Shown piece after piece: positions 1-49,263 of a stretch of DNA of 64,000 bases; positions within the stretch are counted from its first letter, which is position 1; every line of letters starts with the position of its first letter. This DNA is from Tubiluchus corallicola (taxonomy: Eukaryota; Animalia; Priapulida). The position numbers and the translations under genes were made by a program. The DNA lies in contig JAQGDQ010001034.1 of assembly GCA_030141605.1 (NCBI GenBank), positions 1 through 64,000 of the forward strand, written 5' to 3'. The notes under the pieces were generated by a model. That model did no database searches, was not told the DNA's origin, and saw only the letters and a program-made list of their open reading frames with translations.

Positions 1-87
1 ACTGCTTTAAATGTCTACTCCACACCTGCAACTTTCGACGTGTCTTCTGCTTTTCTGTATAACAGTTTCTTTTTCTTTTTCATTTAG

Positions 88-802
88 ATTTTTGGCAATA
101 TGTCATCCCATCAGACACCAGATGACTGGAGCATTCTCCAAGCGCATCATCGCTGTGATTTGGTTCTTTTCATGCGTCTGTTTCATTCCTTGGCTCGTCT
201 ACTTCCGCGTGAAGACCCTGACGCCATATTTGGACTTACCCATGATCGTAGTACATCAATGCATAGACGAATGGCCTTCTCGCTTAGGCGCCATCTATCA
301 CTACATCTTCGTCACGTTCTTCGCCACCTACCTACTTCCGTTACTCGTCATATCCGGTTGTTATCTGATGATATTCACACGCGTGTGGAAACGCGAGATC
401 CCGGGCGAGGCGAGACAGTACGAGAAAATCGCCAGTAAGCAAAAATTCAAAGTGGCAAAGATGGTGTTGATTGTTGTGCTCATGTTTGCCCTGTCGTGGG
501 TGCCCTTGCACGTGGTGTACATGTTGACATTTTTTGACGTCACAATGACAGAGGAACAGCAATACGCGTTCAGATACGTGAAGGTGTTTGTGCAATGGCT
601 GGGTATAGCCAACAGTTCTGTTAACCCCGTTATCTACGCGTATCTTAATAGAAAATACAGACTGGGTTTTAAAGCAATATTGACAAATAAGTCTTGCTGG
701 GGTGAACTTCAGTATCCCGTAGATAGATGTGGCGGGAGCAGTCGATACACGGTTATAACACCGATAGTTATTGAAGATGGTGTAATATCTACTGCCGTAT
801 AG
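88..802 (+). CDS. SIFaR: Terminal coding exon of a rhodopsin-family neuropeptide GPCR, SIFamide/NPFF receptor-like (end of TM3 to C-terminus); upstream exons lie outside the window
   Basis: Polypyrimidine tract and AG at 86-87, phase-2 intron splitting the R of the (D/E)RF motif (R|FLAICHP). TM4 W, ECL2 CxxxWP, TM6 FALSWVPL, TM7 QWLGIANSSVNPVIY, helix 8 LNRKYRLGF. CYLMIFTRVWKREIP and QWLGxxNS resemble arthropod SIFamide receptors (recognised from memory, no search). TAG 800-802; AATAAA at 1342. Confidence 0.8.
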
Positions 803-970
803 ACTTTGCTGATATAATAATCTTCAAACAATGTTCGTCAGATGACCCTTGACATTCCTAAGCGTAGAACGGCTGCTTATAAATCGAGTTCTTCCCTCTG
901 GAATTTCCTACCAGGAAATCGTTTCGTTGAATTCCACAACTTTGCTCGATTCAACAAGAGCATCATCTAA

Positions 971-1020
971 TATCATCATCTTCTTCTTCTTCCCAGCTTT
1001 TCCCTATGCGGGGTCGCCGT
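971..1020 (-). mobile_element. Short 5'-truncated non-LTR retroelement (RTE-like) 3' end in the GPCR 3' UTR
   Basis: Minus strand reads gaccccgcatagggaaaagctgggaagaagaagaaga, i.e. a small stem-loop followed by a (GAA)n tail. Flanked by a 10-bp direct repeat catcatctaa (961-970, 1021-1030). Confidence 0.5.
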
Positions 1021-1514
1021 CATCATCTAACACCAGAAAATGAGTCACGTGAATTTCAATTCCATGGACTTGTATTCCATGCATTTACTGTAGCTTCTTC
1101 ACTTGAGAAGCCATTGTGAGAATATTGTATATAAAAAGAAAAAATCAAAAGAGTTTACAGTAATATCCTTTTTGTCTCTAATGGCAGAAATATCATACGT
1201 GTACACTGATCAATTTGATAATAGTTCTTAAATTTATATATATGAATATTATGCAGCCATTATACAGTCAAGGACATTACAGCATCAAAACCCCTATGTT
1301 TGAAGCCCGTTAATTTTTTTTGTTCTTGGAATTATGTCATGAATAAAATATAAGCAAAAACTTTACGCTGCAGAAATATAGCTATGTTTAAAGGCTTATT
1401 TTACTGTAAAGCTGCACAAATTTGGCAAACATCTCATTGGTACCTGCATAATTATATTCTTAGATAACCATTTCTTACTATATGAAGCCATGGTCAACGG
1501 AGCAATACTAATTT

Positions 1515-2990
1515 GGGCACTTGGACAGGGGTACTTGGGCGGTGGACGCTTGACATTTGGGCAGAGTTTTGGGCAGTGGCACTTGGACAGTATCCTGTTG
1601 GACGATGGTACTTGGACGGTGGACATTTGACAGTGGGACATTTTGACACAGATTTTTGGCAGTGGTAGTTGGACAGTAGCCTGTTGAACTGTGGTACTTG
1701 GTCAGTGGACATTTGATAGTGGGACATTTTGACACAGACTTTTTGGCAGTGGTACTTCGTCAGTAGCCTGTTGGACTGTTGTACTTGGTCAGTGGACATT
1801 TTATAATGGGACATTTTGACACAGATTTTTGGCAGTGGTACTTGCACAGTAGCCTGTTGAACTGTTGTACTTGGTCAGTGGACATTTGATAGTGGGACAT
1901 TTTGACGCAGACTTTTTGGCAGTGGTACTAGGACAGTAGCCTGTTGGACTGTGGTACTTGGTCAGTGGGCATTTGATAGTGGGGCATTTTGACACAGACT
2001 TTTTGGCAGTGGTACTAGGACAGTAGCCTGTTGGACTGTTGTACTTGGTCAGTGGACATTTGATAGTGGGACAATTTGACACAGATTTTTGGCAGTGGTA
2101 GTTGGGCAGTAGCCTGTTTAACTGTTGTACTTGGTCAGTGGACATTTGGTGGTGGGACATTGTAGCACAGATTTTTGGCAGTGGCACTTGGACAGTATCC
2201 TGTTGGACGATGGTACTTGGACGGTGGACATTTGACAGTGGGACATTTTGACACAGATTTTTGGCAGTGGTAGTTGGACAGTAGCCTGTTGGACTGTGGT
2301 ACTTGGTCAGTGGACATTTGACAGTGGGAGATTGTGGTACAGATTTTTGGCAGTGGTACTTGGACAGTAGCCTATTGGACTGTTGTACCTATTCAGTGGA
2401 CATTTGACAGTGGGAGATTGTGGTACAGATTTTTGGCAGTGGTACTTGGACAGTAGCCTGCTGGACTGTGGTACTTGGTCAGTGGACATTTGATAGTGGG
2501 AGATTGTGGTACAGATTTTTGGCAGTGGTACTTGGACAGTAGCCTGTTGGACTGTTGTACTTGGTCTGTGGACATTTGATAGTGGGAGATTGTGGTACAG
2601 ATTTTTGGCAGTGGTGCTTGGACAGTAGCCTATTGGACTGTGATACTTAGTCAGTGGACATTTGATAGTGGGAGATTGTGGCACAGAATTTTGGCAGTGG
2701 TACTAGGACAGTAGCCTGTTGGACTGTTGTACTTGGTCAGTGGACATTTGATAGTGGGAGATTGTAGCACAGATTTTTGGCAGTGGTACTTGGACAGTAG
2801 CCTGTTGGACTGTTGTACTTGGTCTGTGGACATTTGATAGTGGGAGATTGTAGCACAGATTTTTGGCAGTGGTGCTTGGACAGTAGTCTGTTGGACTAGG
2901 TACTTGGTCTGTGGACATTTGGTAGTGGGAGATTGTGGTACAGATTTTTGGCAGTGGTACTTGGACAGTAGCCTGTTGGATTGTGGTACT
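1515..2990. repeat. ~86-bp minisatellite, ~17 copies
   Basis: gtggacattt recurs at 1619, 1705, 1792 and onward; internal sub-repeats (gtggtacttggacagt). Explains the Cys/Pro-rich minus-strand ORFs. Confidence 0.95.
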
Positions 2991-3745
2991 TAAAAAACTG
3001 ATAAACTAATAACAAGTTTACAGCGCACGCTAACGCACGTAAATTGGGCAAACCAACCCGACAAATCCACTGTCCAATCTCAAACTGTTACCTCACTAAT
3101 TATCCTGCTGACGAATGATTTACTATTTATTAAAGGAGATTACACTACCACTGTCCACGTGTCATTGTCCAAGTGTCCATGCTCAGGAGACCTAAACCTA
3201 ACTGTGTGTACCTGTATCTAATTTTTCACATCTGTAGTGTAACGAGCCAGTTCTTAGTAACTAGTCTAATGAAATTAGCTATAAAAGCACGAAAGTGGCA
3301 AACGCTATACTCACAAACGATTATGCAGCACTCATGCTCGAACTTTCTACGTAGTGCCTTATTTATCAGGCAAAAACAATGGACCTGGGTCATCTGCAGG
3401 TGTCTTGCATTAGCAGAACTTGATACACAAATGTTTATTTTGTATTATGGGCCTAATGATGCCTCGGACATAACTTAACCCAAATTTATCAAATATTATC
3501 AGTTGTGCAAACAAACTGATAATAATGTGTGCACTTGATGTCTTTTCTTAGACCTACATGTGCGTTAGAATACGTAATATGTAGCATAAATACGCATAAT
3601 GCCCATTGAGATACATCTGTTTTCAGGCTAAGGCATGCTAGTAATTGTAAATTGTATGGTTATGTGTACTTAATTATACTATTTGTATAAATAATTTGTA
3701 TTATATAATTATACCGTTCTTCATTGTTCTGTTTCATTAGATGGT

Positions 3746-3746
<1 letters not shown>

Positions 3747-3794
<48 letters not shown>

Positions 3795-3810
3795 AGAAAG
3801 AGAGACAGAC

Positions 3811-3847
<37 letters not shown>

Positions 3848-3913
3848 GGGAGAGAGAGAGAAAGAGAGGGAGAGAGAGAGAAAGAGAGAGAGAAGAGAAA
3901 GAGGGAAGGGGAA

Positions 3914-3951
<38 letters not shown>

Positions 3952-3990
3952 TAAGACAGAGAGGAAAGAGAGATAGAGAGAGTGGGGGAG
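3747..3990. repeat. (GA)n microsatellite
   Basis: Direct inspection. Confidence 0.95.
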
Positions 3991-4491
3991 GGATAAAGTG
4001 AGGACCCCTGTAACTACTTTCCAAATGCCGATAGTTTGTTGTTCTTAGAACTCGTTTTTGTGCTTCCTAGATCCAGTTTCTTCCCCAGGGTTTCTTATCT
4101 GTGGATTACTCGACCAAAAAAGCCCTATAAACCACAATTCCCAATTCAAGAAAACATTAGCAAACACCTTCTATTACTAGGAAATTACTTTGTCTTGTGT
4201 GAATTCAATTCATCTGGACACGTGTTCATATCTTTACTTATTTACTCTAGCCCCTGGCCATAAGTGACCATTGGCCTTGTATGAGTGTGAAAAATGGGGA
4301 AAAATGGTCGCCTTTTCGTTTCTTTTAGAACGAAAACAAAAAATCGTGACTTCACGCGTCGTCACGTGTTCAGCGTGGCAGACATTTTGTTATCTATGGT
4401 AAACACGAGCGATTCACAGATATAAAAATAACTGTTACCGGTGACAGCTGCTTCTTTTCATGATCGAATTAAAAAGTGTCCGTGACAAAAA

Positions 4492-22349
<17,858 letters not shown>

Positions 22350-22545
22350 TGTGTTGTTTCTGATGTTTGTAAATGGCTGTAAAATGAAGCTACGTACAGC
22401 GACCCCATTATGCAAATGAATCTCGAACATAGTTATGCCAAAAGTCTTTGAGAAGACAACACACAATGCAAAACAAGTAATCTTGCCATTTTGTTTTTTT
22501 TTAATTACGAGGACGCAGAGAAAAAGTTTGTCATATTTGATGCAC

Positions 22546-22785
22546 AAATAAAAAAGTAAAATGTTCTTTCTTAGTCTCAGTAGATTTTATTGTCAAGAGC
22601 TTTCGCCCTGACGGGCCTCACCATGTGAATTCACTATAATAAGAACGTGTACTGCTACCATGTGTGGTCCCAGGTTAACTGCACAACTTTTTATATAGTC
22701 AATTTAGCAAATGAGGCCCGTTACGGCGAGAGCTTTTAACAATAAAGTCTGTTAAGATTAAGAAAAAACGTTCAAATTTTATTTA
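22546..22785. repeat. Fold-back element with ~75-bp imperfect arms (MITE-like) in the FAR-A 3' region
   Basis: ttttattgtcaagagctttcgccctgacgggcctca pairs with tgaggcccgttacggcgagagcttttaacaataaa. Confidence 0.8.
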
Positions 22786-22844
22786 CGTAGGACATATTCA
22801 ATCTTGAATTATTTAAATATTTCTAAAGTAAGGATAGTAATTAT

Positions 22845-23473
22845 GTGTGTTTGCATAGCAAAGTCATCCATAAGTCGGCAATTAAGTTTTTCTAGTTATT
22901 CACATATCCCGAATCTCCATTTCATGAGGACTATTTTGGTACCAAGTTCATCGCTCAATGTTATTTCTGAGCTGAGATGATCCACGTTGAAGGTGAGGTG
23001 CAGGCTGCACATTGAATAACGTAACTTTGAGAAAATCACTGTTAAAGTCAGCCATTGTTTTTTGTGACGTTTCTACAAAACACTTAACAACCGCACAAAT
23101 GTTAATTGCTACGGACTTTGCAAGAGCAAATTGAAGTTACATTGAAATCCAGTAGATGGCTCTTCCTGACAAAGATCTGGTTTGTCAACAGAAGAAACCC
23201 GAAGCAAAATGGCTGCTTCCACGAGCTACAATCGGAATGCACTACTAGTTTCTAGACGGAAAAGTGGGTAAGGAGTTACAAAATTACATTTTTACTATTT
23301 TTTACACATTTCCTGATAATTTGATGCACACATTCTAATATATTTAGCATTTGTTTTCATAAAAAATAAAAAATTGACATTCGACCAAAATTTTTTGGTA
23401 CATTCTACTTTGAAGCATCATAACGTAGTTTTAACTATGCCGACTTATGGACGGTTTTGGTTTGCAAGCAAAC
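22845..23473 (-). mobile_element. MITE family E, copy 2 (inverted)
   Basis: Reverse complement of 21531-22180 with the same TIRs. Confidence 0.85.
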
Positions 23474-23707
23474 GTATATACTTTACAACTATGTGTAAAA
23501 CTTGAGAAACTTCGTAACAACATAAACAAACCTTACACAATGTATGCAAATGGACTATTGTTAAACACTGTTGAACTCTCAAGTATAAAAAGTGCAAGTC
23601 ATTTATGTGAACCTTTTGTTGGCTCAAAAGGCAAAAAAATTAATTTAATTTCATCAAACATTATGGCAATAGCTAGAACTATACCACACTTAATGGAAAT
23701 TGGGAAA

Positions 23708-24203
23708 ATACACTTGATTATTATGACGTAATAATACACTTGATTATCATGACGTAATAATACACTTGATTATTATGACGTAATAATGCACTTGATTATT
23801 ATGACGTAATAATACACTTGATTATTATGACGTAATAATACACTTAATTATTATGACGTAATAATGCACTTGATTATTATGACGTAATAATACACTTGAT
23901 TATTATGACGTAATAATACACTTGATTATTATGACGTAATAATACACTTGATTATTATGACGTAATAATGCACTTGATTATTATGACGTAATAATACACT
24001 TGATTATTATGACGTAATAATACACTTAATTATTATGACGTAATAATGCACTTGATTATTATGACGTAATAATACACTTGATTATTATGACGTAATAATA
24101 CACTTGATTATTATGACGTAATAATGCACTTGATTATTATGACGTAATAATACACTTGGTTATTATGACGTAATAATACACTTGGTTATTATGACATAAT
24201 AAT
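23708..24203. repeat. 26-bp minisatellite (tacacttgattattatgacgtaataa), ~19 copies
   Basis: Period 26 (23761, 23787 and onward); no spacers. Confidence 0.95.
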
Positions 24204-24709
24204 TTAGATTTAATATTTCGGCTGGTGAGGTTAAATATTTATTTAAATAATGCAGTCTGATTTTTCGATTTGTAATGATTTTGTAATTAAACTTCAAATC
24301 AAATTACTAAAGTTACTGAAAGTTTCCTAATGTTGGCTGAAGAAACATTTCCTCCAACAATACGATGATTTTTGTTGAAACAACAATAAATTTAAAACTC
24401 CTAAATCTCTACAATATTTAATCGCAGCTTCCCAGTTTAGTATAATTAGTAATGAACGTGTAAATCATTTAATTATTTCTTTTTTAAATGAAGTTCAAAG
24501 CAATACGATGATATTCTCAAAAGAAAAACTATTATTTTGATAAAAATGTTAATAAAAACCAATGAACTGTTTGTAGAAATAGCTAAATCTTATTTGCTGA
24601 ATTTTCATTGCATGTTTTTTGTCGTTTTTATCTGCTTACCTCCGCGGTTTCCCTTTTTTGACTTCCTGATTCCCTAATCTTAGAACTTGTGTTCATAAGT
24701 CATCTTAAA

Positions 24710-25022
24710 GTAATGATGACTATAGTGATGATAATGTCGATCATGGCAATGATAGTTTGATGATGATGATGATGGTGGTGATGATGGTGATGATGATGGT
24801 GATGATGACGATGATGACAATGACGACAACAACTACCATCATGATACTGATAATGATGATTACAGTGATGATAATGTCGATTATGGCAACGATAGCTTGA
24901 TGATGGTGATGATGATGATGATGATGACAATGACGACAATATCTACCATCATGATACTGATAATGATGACTACAGTGGTGATAATGTCGATTATGGCAAT
25001 GATAGCTTGATGATGGTGATGG

Positions 25023-25056
<34 letters not shown>

Positions 25057-25680
25057 GGTGATGATGATGATCGTGATGATGACGATGATGACAATGACGA
25101 CAACAACTACCATCATGATACTGATAAAGATGACTACAATGATGATAATGTCGATTATGGCAATGATAGCTTAATGATGATGGTGATGATGACGATGATG
25201 ACAATGACGACCATAACTACCATCATGATAGTGATAATCATGACTACAGTGATGACAATGTCGATCATGGAAATGATAGCTTCATGATGATGACGATGAT
25301 GATGATGTTGATGATGATGATGATGATAATGATGACGATGAAGATGATGATTGTGACGACGATCACGACCATACCTACCTTCATGACAGTGATAACGACG
25401 ATTGTGGTGATGATAATGTCGATGATGGCAATGATAGCTTGAAGATGATGACGATGATGATGATGCTGTTGATGATGATGATGATAATGATGACGATGAA
25501 GATGATGATTGTGACGACGATCACGACCATACCTACCATCATGACAGTGATAACGATGACTGTGGTGATGATAATGTCGATGATTGCAGTGATGGCTTGA
25601 AGATGATGATGATGATAATGATGATGACAACGATGACGACGAAGGTAATGATGGTGATGACGATAACAGCAACACTGATG
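24710..25680. repeat. (GAT)n-rich complex repeat with higher-order blocks
   Basis: gataatgtcgat...ggcaatgatagctt recurs. Confidence 0.9.
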
Positions 25681-26130
25681 AAAAATAACCCCTTCAGTCA
25701 CTCATACCCTTGATACATGACACAGATAAGATGGGCAAATACTGATTATTTTTTTTCAATTTTTCTCAGTATTAACTATGCAAACATCTGCCAAACACTA
25801 CATGATATATGTACTTGTCATTTTTCCATTTTTTAACAATCGTGACTTCAATCTAGAAAGTCGTGTACTTGTAAGCAAACGTACACTTTATAATCTTATG
25901 TAAACACTATTTAGTCTTTCTATAAATATTGCCTTTTAAAATGCGATAATTTGTCTAGCTCATTGTAAATTGTAAGGCTACATCTAATTTAAAATCTTTT
26001 CTGTTGTCTTTATATTGTACGTTTTGCATAACATGTTGTCATTTTTGTGTTAATCGGCTTTGCAATAAACTAAACTAAACTAAACTAAAAAGGCGTGCGC
26101 AATTTTGGAATACGCGCGAGGGCTTGAAAG

Positions 26131-44241
<18,111 letters not shown>

Positions 44242-44289
44242 CACGGAAAATAAAGTGAAGAATCAATCTTGATTGTTGAGATTATAGTT

Positions 44290-44332
44290 GTAAATAAACA
44301 AATAAATAAGCATGAACAAGTAAGTAAATGAA

Positions 44333-44363
<31 letters not shown>

Positions 44364-44588
44364 ATGATAAATAATAAATGAATAAATGAATAAATGAATA
44401 AATGAATAAATGAATAAATGAATAAATGAATAAATGAATAAATGAATAAATGAATAAATAAATAAATAAATAAATGATAAATTTTGTTTTTTGTTATGAA
44501 TAAATGAATAAATGAATAAATGAATAAATGAATAAATGAATAAATGAATAAATGAATAAATGAATAAATGAATAAATGAATAAATGAA

Positions 44589-44623
<35 letters not shown>

Positions 44624-44632
44624 ATAGATGGA

Positions 44633-44667
<35 letters not shown>

Positions 44668-44760
44668 ACGTAAATAAACAAACAAATACATAAACAAATA
44701 AATAAATAAACAAACAAACGTAAATAAACAAATAAATAAAAATAAATAATAAATAAATAC
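44290..44760. repeat. (AAAT)n/(AATAAATG)n microsatellite just after the FAR-B stop
   Basis: Direct inspection. Confidence 0.95.
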
Positions 44761-45302
44761 ACTCAAGATAAATAGCTATTAACATAGTTGAGTGCATAAA
44801 GCTAAGTCTTTACTTATTATTATGATTTTTTAATAAAAAATTAACGAAGTTTGTTAAGATGTTGACGTATTTATTTTTTGAAAGTTCGTTTTACTAAGAA
44901 AGTCACTAAATAACATCGTCGAATAGGATTTTCCAGCATAATAATGAACAAGTAGGATAAATAATTTAGCAAATACGTAGCATTTACAATTTTATTACAA
45001 GTATCTTAATGTGCCTCAACGAACTATGAATTCTGCCTATTAAAGTGAAGTTCCCTAAGCACAAACGTATTTCTGTTATTAATAATTGAATTTAAACTGA
45101 TAATATATCAATAAGGCAGCAACGTTCATGACGATGAACAGTATAATAAATGTACTTTTCAATCGTGCCAACACTCTCAGACCTCGAGTTAAATCAAACA
45201 TTCTCTTTGTGTGAACTGTTCCACAATTTTTGCTGCAATTTCACTTTGACTACTGTAGTATAGTAAAACCATATGCAACAACCAGTCGTGGTCATAGATG
45301 TA

Positions 45303-45855
45303 CAGTCGTGGCCAAAAGTTTAAGCCCACCTGTGATTACGACGTGAATTTTGAGCTTTTCTGGTATTCAGTACCATATATTTTCCCGAATCGTACACACG
45401 ATGGCTCATTAGGTAGCTAATTGCAAATTGCAAATAAATGTTTGTGTTGCGCATGCGCAGGACTTACGAGATGATGCCGTCATCGCGTTGATGACGTCAT
45501 CAGTACGGTTGCGGGAATTGTCTTAGACGTGCTCTCGGCAGTAGCTTCTGATTATGTTGAATGGTAATTCTAACGAAGGGTAAGAGGATGAGTGATCAAC
45601 TGCGCATGCACATATGTCTCCGACTTGATGACGTCATCCTCGCTGTGAGTAATTTATCAACGCGATGACGTCATCATCTCGCAAGTCCTGCGCATGCGCA
45701 AAACAAACATTTATTTGCGATTTTCAATTGCCTTCTTAATGAACCACCGTGTTTACGATCGGTCCAATATGAGGGAAAATATATGGTATTGAATACCAAA
45801 AAAACTCAAAATTCACGTCGTAATTCAGGTTGGCGTAAACTTTTGGCCACGACTG
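45303..45855. mobile_element. Tc1/mariner-like fold-back MITE
   Basis: ta|cagtcgtggccaaaagttt ... aaacttttggccacgactg|ta; imperfect arms extend ~200 bp. Confidence 0.92.
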
Positions 45856-46304
45856 TAGTACAGGCGTATATAATTGTTTCAAAGATACTATAAAACAAGA
45901 TAAAATTTATAAATACGTCCCATTTTTATCCCACAGTTTTTCTGAAACAAGTAGAAAAAGATACGGATAATCATGGATATAAAGTGCATTATAACATACA
46001 TCGTGAGTAAAATTTTGGCCTGTAGGTGGCGGTAGTGGCAACGAAATTAGTCAGAATATAGTTTGTAGAAATGAACAATTGACTGTTGAGGTGCTGCAAT
46101 CAGACGACGAAAAGGCTAAGTGTTAAAGGAGAATGGTGGTTTAAAAATATTTTAGCTTGCAGTTAACAATTCGATGTCTAATTGGTGAAATTAATTCATA
46201 AAATATAGATATTTGTGGCTAAATAAGTTTAATGGTGAATCATTAAAGTAGCGTAATTATAAGTACACGAAAGCGACGCAAAATCAGTCTAAATAATTTT
46301 GTAT

Positions 46305-46735
46305 CTGCACTGGCGTCGAACTCAGGACCTTCTGCTTCTCGGGCAGCTACGGTAAGAATTAGACTCGGAAATTTACTGTATCAGTCACTAGAGGTCTCCC
46401 AATGGGAAATCACAGTCCGCTTTGCATGAAAACCGTACGAAATCAGTCATATAAGCGTACAAAAGCCTGAAAATTTTTAAATCTCCACTGGTCTCGAACT
46501 CAAGACCTCCTGCTTTCTGGCCAGCTATTCAGATTCAGAAATTTACCGTAGCTATAAGCGCCACTAGAGGTCTCTCAGCGGTGAATCTCAACCCACAAAT
46601 ATGAAGACATCGTACGAAATCAATCACATAAGCATACAAAAGCAGTAGTAAATTAGAAACTCTGAAAAATTTGAATTCCTTCACCAGGACTCGAACCCAA
46701 GACCTTTTGCTTTCTGGGCAGCTATGCTAACCACG
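46305..46735 (-). repeat. Three diverged ~180-bp units, each with a tRNA-like B-box segment (SINE-like relics)
   Basis: Plus strand tcgaactcaggacct, tcgaactcaagacct and tcgaacccaagacct are reverse complements of aggtcytgrgttcga. No intact cloverleaf. Confidence 0.55.
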
Positions 46736-46866
46736 ATAAAAAGGCAAGAAAAATGCAATATATACATAGAAAATTGATAACTTAGATATCACTGTCAGCT
46801 GTGCACGTATAATAACATAATTTTTATATACATATTTACAAAATATTAGTATCTCCCTGAATAATT

Positions 46867-47723
46867 ACAACTATACATAATATTTGACTAGCGTTCCAGA
46901 AGTAACAAGAATCTTACATTAAAATTTGTGTTTTTAACACTAGAAACTCGCGGTGATAACAATTGACAAGTGACGACTTTTATCCTATTCACACTGAAAT
47001 GGTTTACTCAGCTGACCCATTTACTTGTTTGCTTAAAAATAACTATACATAATAGTTTACTAGCGTTCCAGAAGTAACAAGAATCCTACATTAAAATTTG
47101 TGTTTTTAACACCATAAACTCGCGGAGATAACAGTTGACAAGTGTCGACTTTTATCCTATTCACACTAAAATGGTTTACTCAGTTGATCCATTTACTTGT
47201 TTGCTTAAAAATAACTATGCATAATAGTTTACTAGCGTTCCAGAAGTAACAAGAATCCTACATTAAAATTTGTGTTTTTAACACTAGAAACTCGCGGTGA
47301 TAACAGTTGACAAGTGACGACTTTTATCCTATTCACACTGAAATGGTTTACACAGCTGACCCATTTACTCGTTTGCTTAAAAATAACTATACATAATATT
47401 TTACTAGCGTTCCAGAAGTAACAAGAATCCTACATTAAAATTTGTGTTTTTAACACTAGAAACTCGCGGAGGTAACAGTTGACAAGTGTCGGCTTTTATC
47501 CTATTCACACTGAAATGGTTTACACAGCTGACCCATTTACTTGTTTGCTTAAAAATAACTATACATAATATTTTACTAGTGTTCCAGAACTAACAAGAAT
47601 CCTACATTAAAATTTGTTTTTAACACTAGAAACTCGCGGAGGTAACAGTTAACAAGTGACGACTTTTATCCTATTCACACTGAAATGGTTTACACAGTTG
47701 ACCCATTTACTTGTTTGCTTAAA
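46867..47723. repeat. 172-bp tandem repeat, 5 copies
   Basis: g(c/t)gttccaga at 46891, 47063, 47235, 47407, 47579. Confidence 0.95.
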
Positions 47724-48295
47724 CAGTTTACTGGGCTTGTCTGCTCAGGCTGATTGGGTAATGATCAACACTCAATTTGCTAACTTTGTTTAGAGAAAAA
47801 TTATTTCAAAAAACACTGCCGGTTGTGTATCGACAATTTTGTGTTTATTACAGTACTGTAATCTTAGAAACATTTTAGTTAACATAGAATCTTGGTTAAT
47901 TGTTTACCTTCTTGTTCTTGGAACTGTGCCAAAAATGCCGCAGAAGCATTCTCGGTAAACTGTTCAACTTAGTAAAATTTACTAAAATGAAAAACGTGAC
48001 TTTTGTAGGTTATTATTGGTACCAGGGAGAATAGGAAAGCATGATGAAAGATCTCATTGCCCCTGTGACGTCATTCTAAACGAACAATGGTCAACAAATC
48101 AGAACATTATGGTTCTATTAACACAGACTCTACCACTCGAGTTTTTTTCTATGTGGAATTCAATTCAAATGACAAAAATAATAGTTTTCAGAGTTTTTGC
48201 ACTTGCACATTAGGTTTCAGAAGTAGGTCACGCATCTATGGGGAAAGACCACAGATATAAAATTCTCACGAGAAGTGCAAAGCCGGGGAAGGAAC

Positions 48296-48692
48296 TAGGG
48301 GTGAGCATCGAACGTTCGAATTCGATTCGACCGAGTTTTTTTTAGTTCGAATTCGATTCGAACCTAAAACTATGGATTCGAATAATTCAGCACTTCAATC
48401 ACACACGTTCTTTATTATTAAAATGATTGAAACATCGTGCAATTAGCATAATTTAGCTGTGATTTCTGTACACAATTTTTAAACGAATTAATTGTGTTTT
48501 TACTGTAGAGCAAAATCGAACAATATGCATGATCTTTGTAAGACTAATTTTTGCTGGTTGTTCGAGAACTTGTTCGAAAATCTTTTAATCTCAATTCGAA
48601 TTCGAAATACTAAGTTCGGTTCGATTCGAATTCGAAAGTCACAAATTCGTTTCGATTTGAATTCGCTTTCTTTTGGAGAATGCTCACCCCTA
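48296..48692. mobile_element. hAT-like MITE with TAGGGGTGAGCA TIR and ttcga-rich subterminal repeats
   Basis: taggggtgagcat ... atgctcacccccta-type ends; related inverted copy at ~63510-63760. No clear TSD. Confidence 0.75.
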
Positions 48693-49263
48693 TTGCTTAC
48701 ATTTTAATGGCTCTTACGAGAAGCTTATCAACGTATAGCATATAGGTATGTATTGCATCTTTTCTATAAACAACACAAAGCTAATACAGGATACATCACA
48801 TTTTCTGGATCATTCTTAGTATGTACTGTAAAGTTATCAATGCCTTGTTATAAGTGTGTCCATCAACTCCACGTAAACAATATTTATGTGCTAATGTAGG
48901 ACTAAGATACATCATGCTTGTAGATTATTGGGTTACTCGCTTGCAAGGTAACTCTACACAGAAATCTGTTTCGCCGTGATGTTGTTGTCGTTTCTTCTTC
49001 AAGTAGTAAGTTTTTATCAGTACTTGATATTGCAACGCCATACTCCAGATTCTAAACTTCTTTACGAAAAAACGGATTCTATGATAACAGTAAAATGTGT
49101 TCTAAGTGAAAAAATGAATATCATGACAATGGTAAATAGCATTCTAAGTAACATGTCCAGGCAGTTGGAGAGAAAAACCGAATAAGCAGTTGAACCAATG
49201 CTTCGCACTCCGGACTAATCTATGTACTTACAAGGTATAAGATCTAAGCGTGTGCAGCTTTAT

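Noticed and set aside
11-87. N-terminal part of ORF 11-802 as the GPCR start
   Set aside because: It is a polypyrimidine intron end; TM1-TM3 are missing and must be in upstream exons.
1396-2918. Cys/Pro/Lys-rich minus-strand ORFs as metallothionein- or keratin-associated-like proteins
   Set aside because: The 86-bp unit is not a multiple of 3, so frames rotate and stop regularly.
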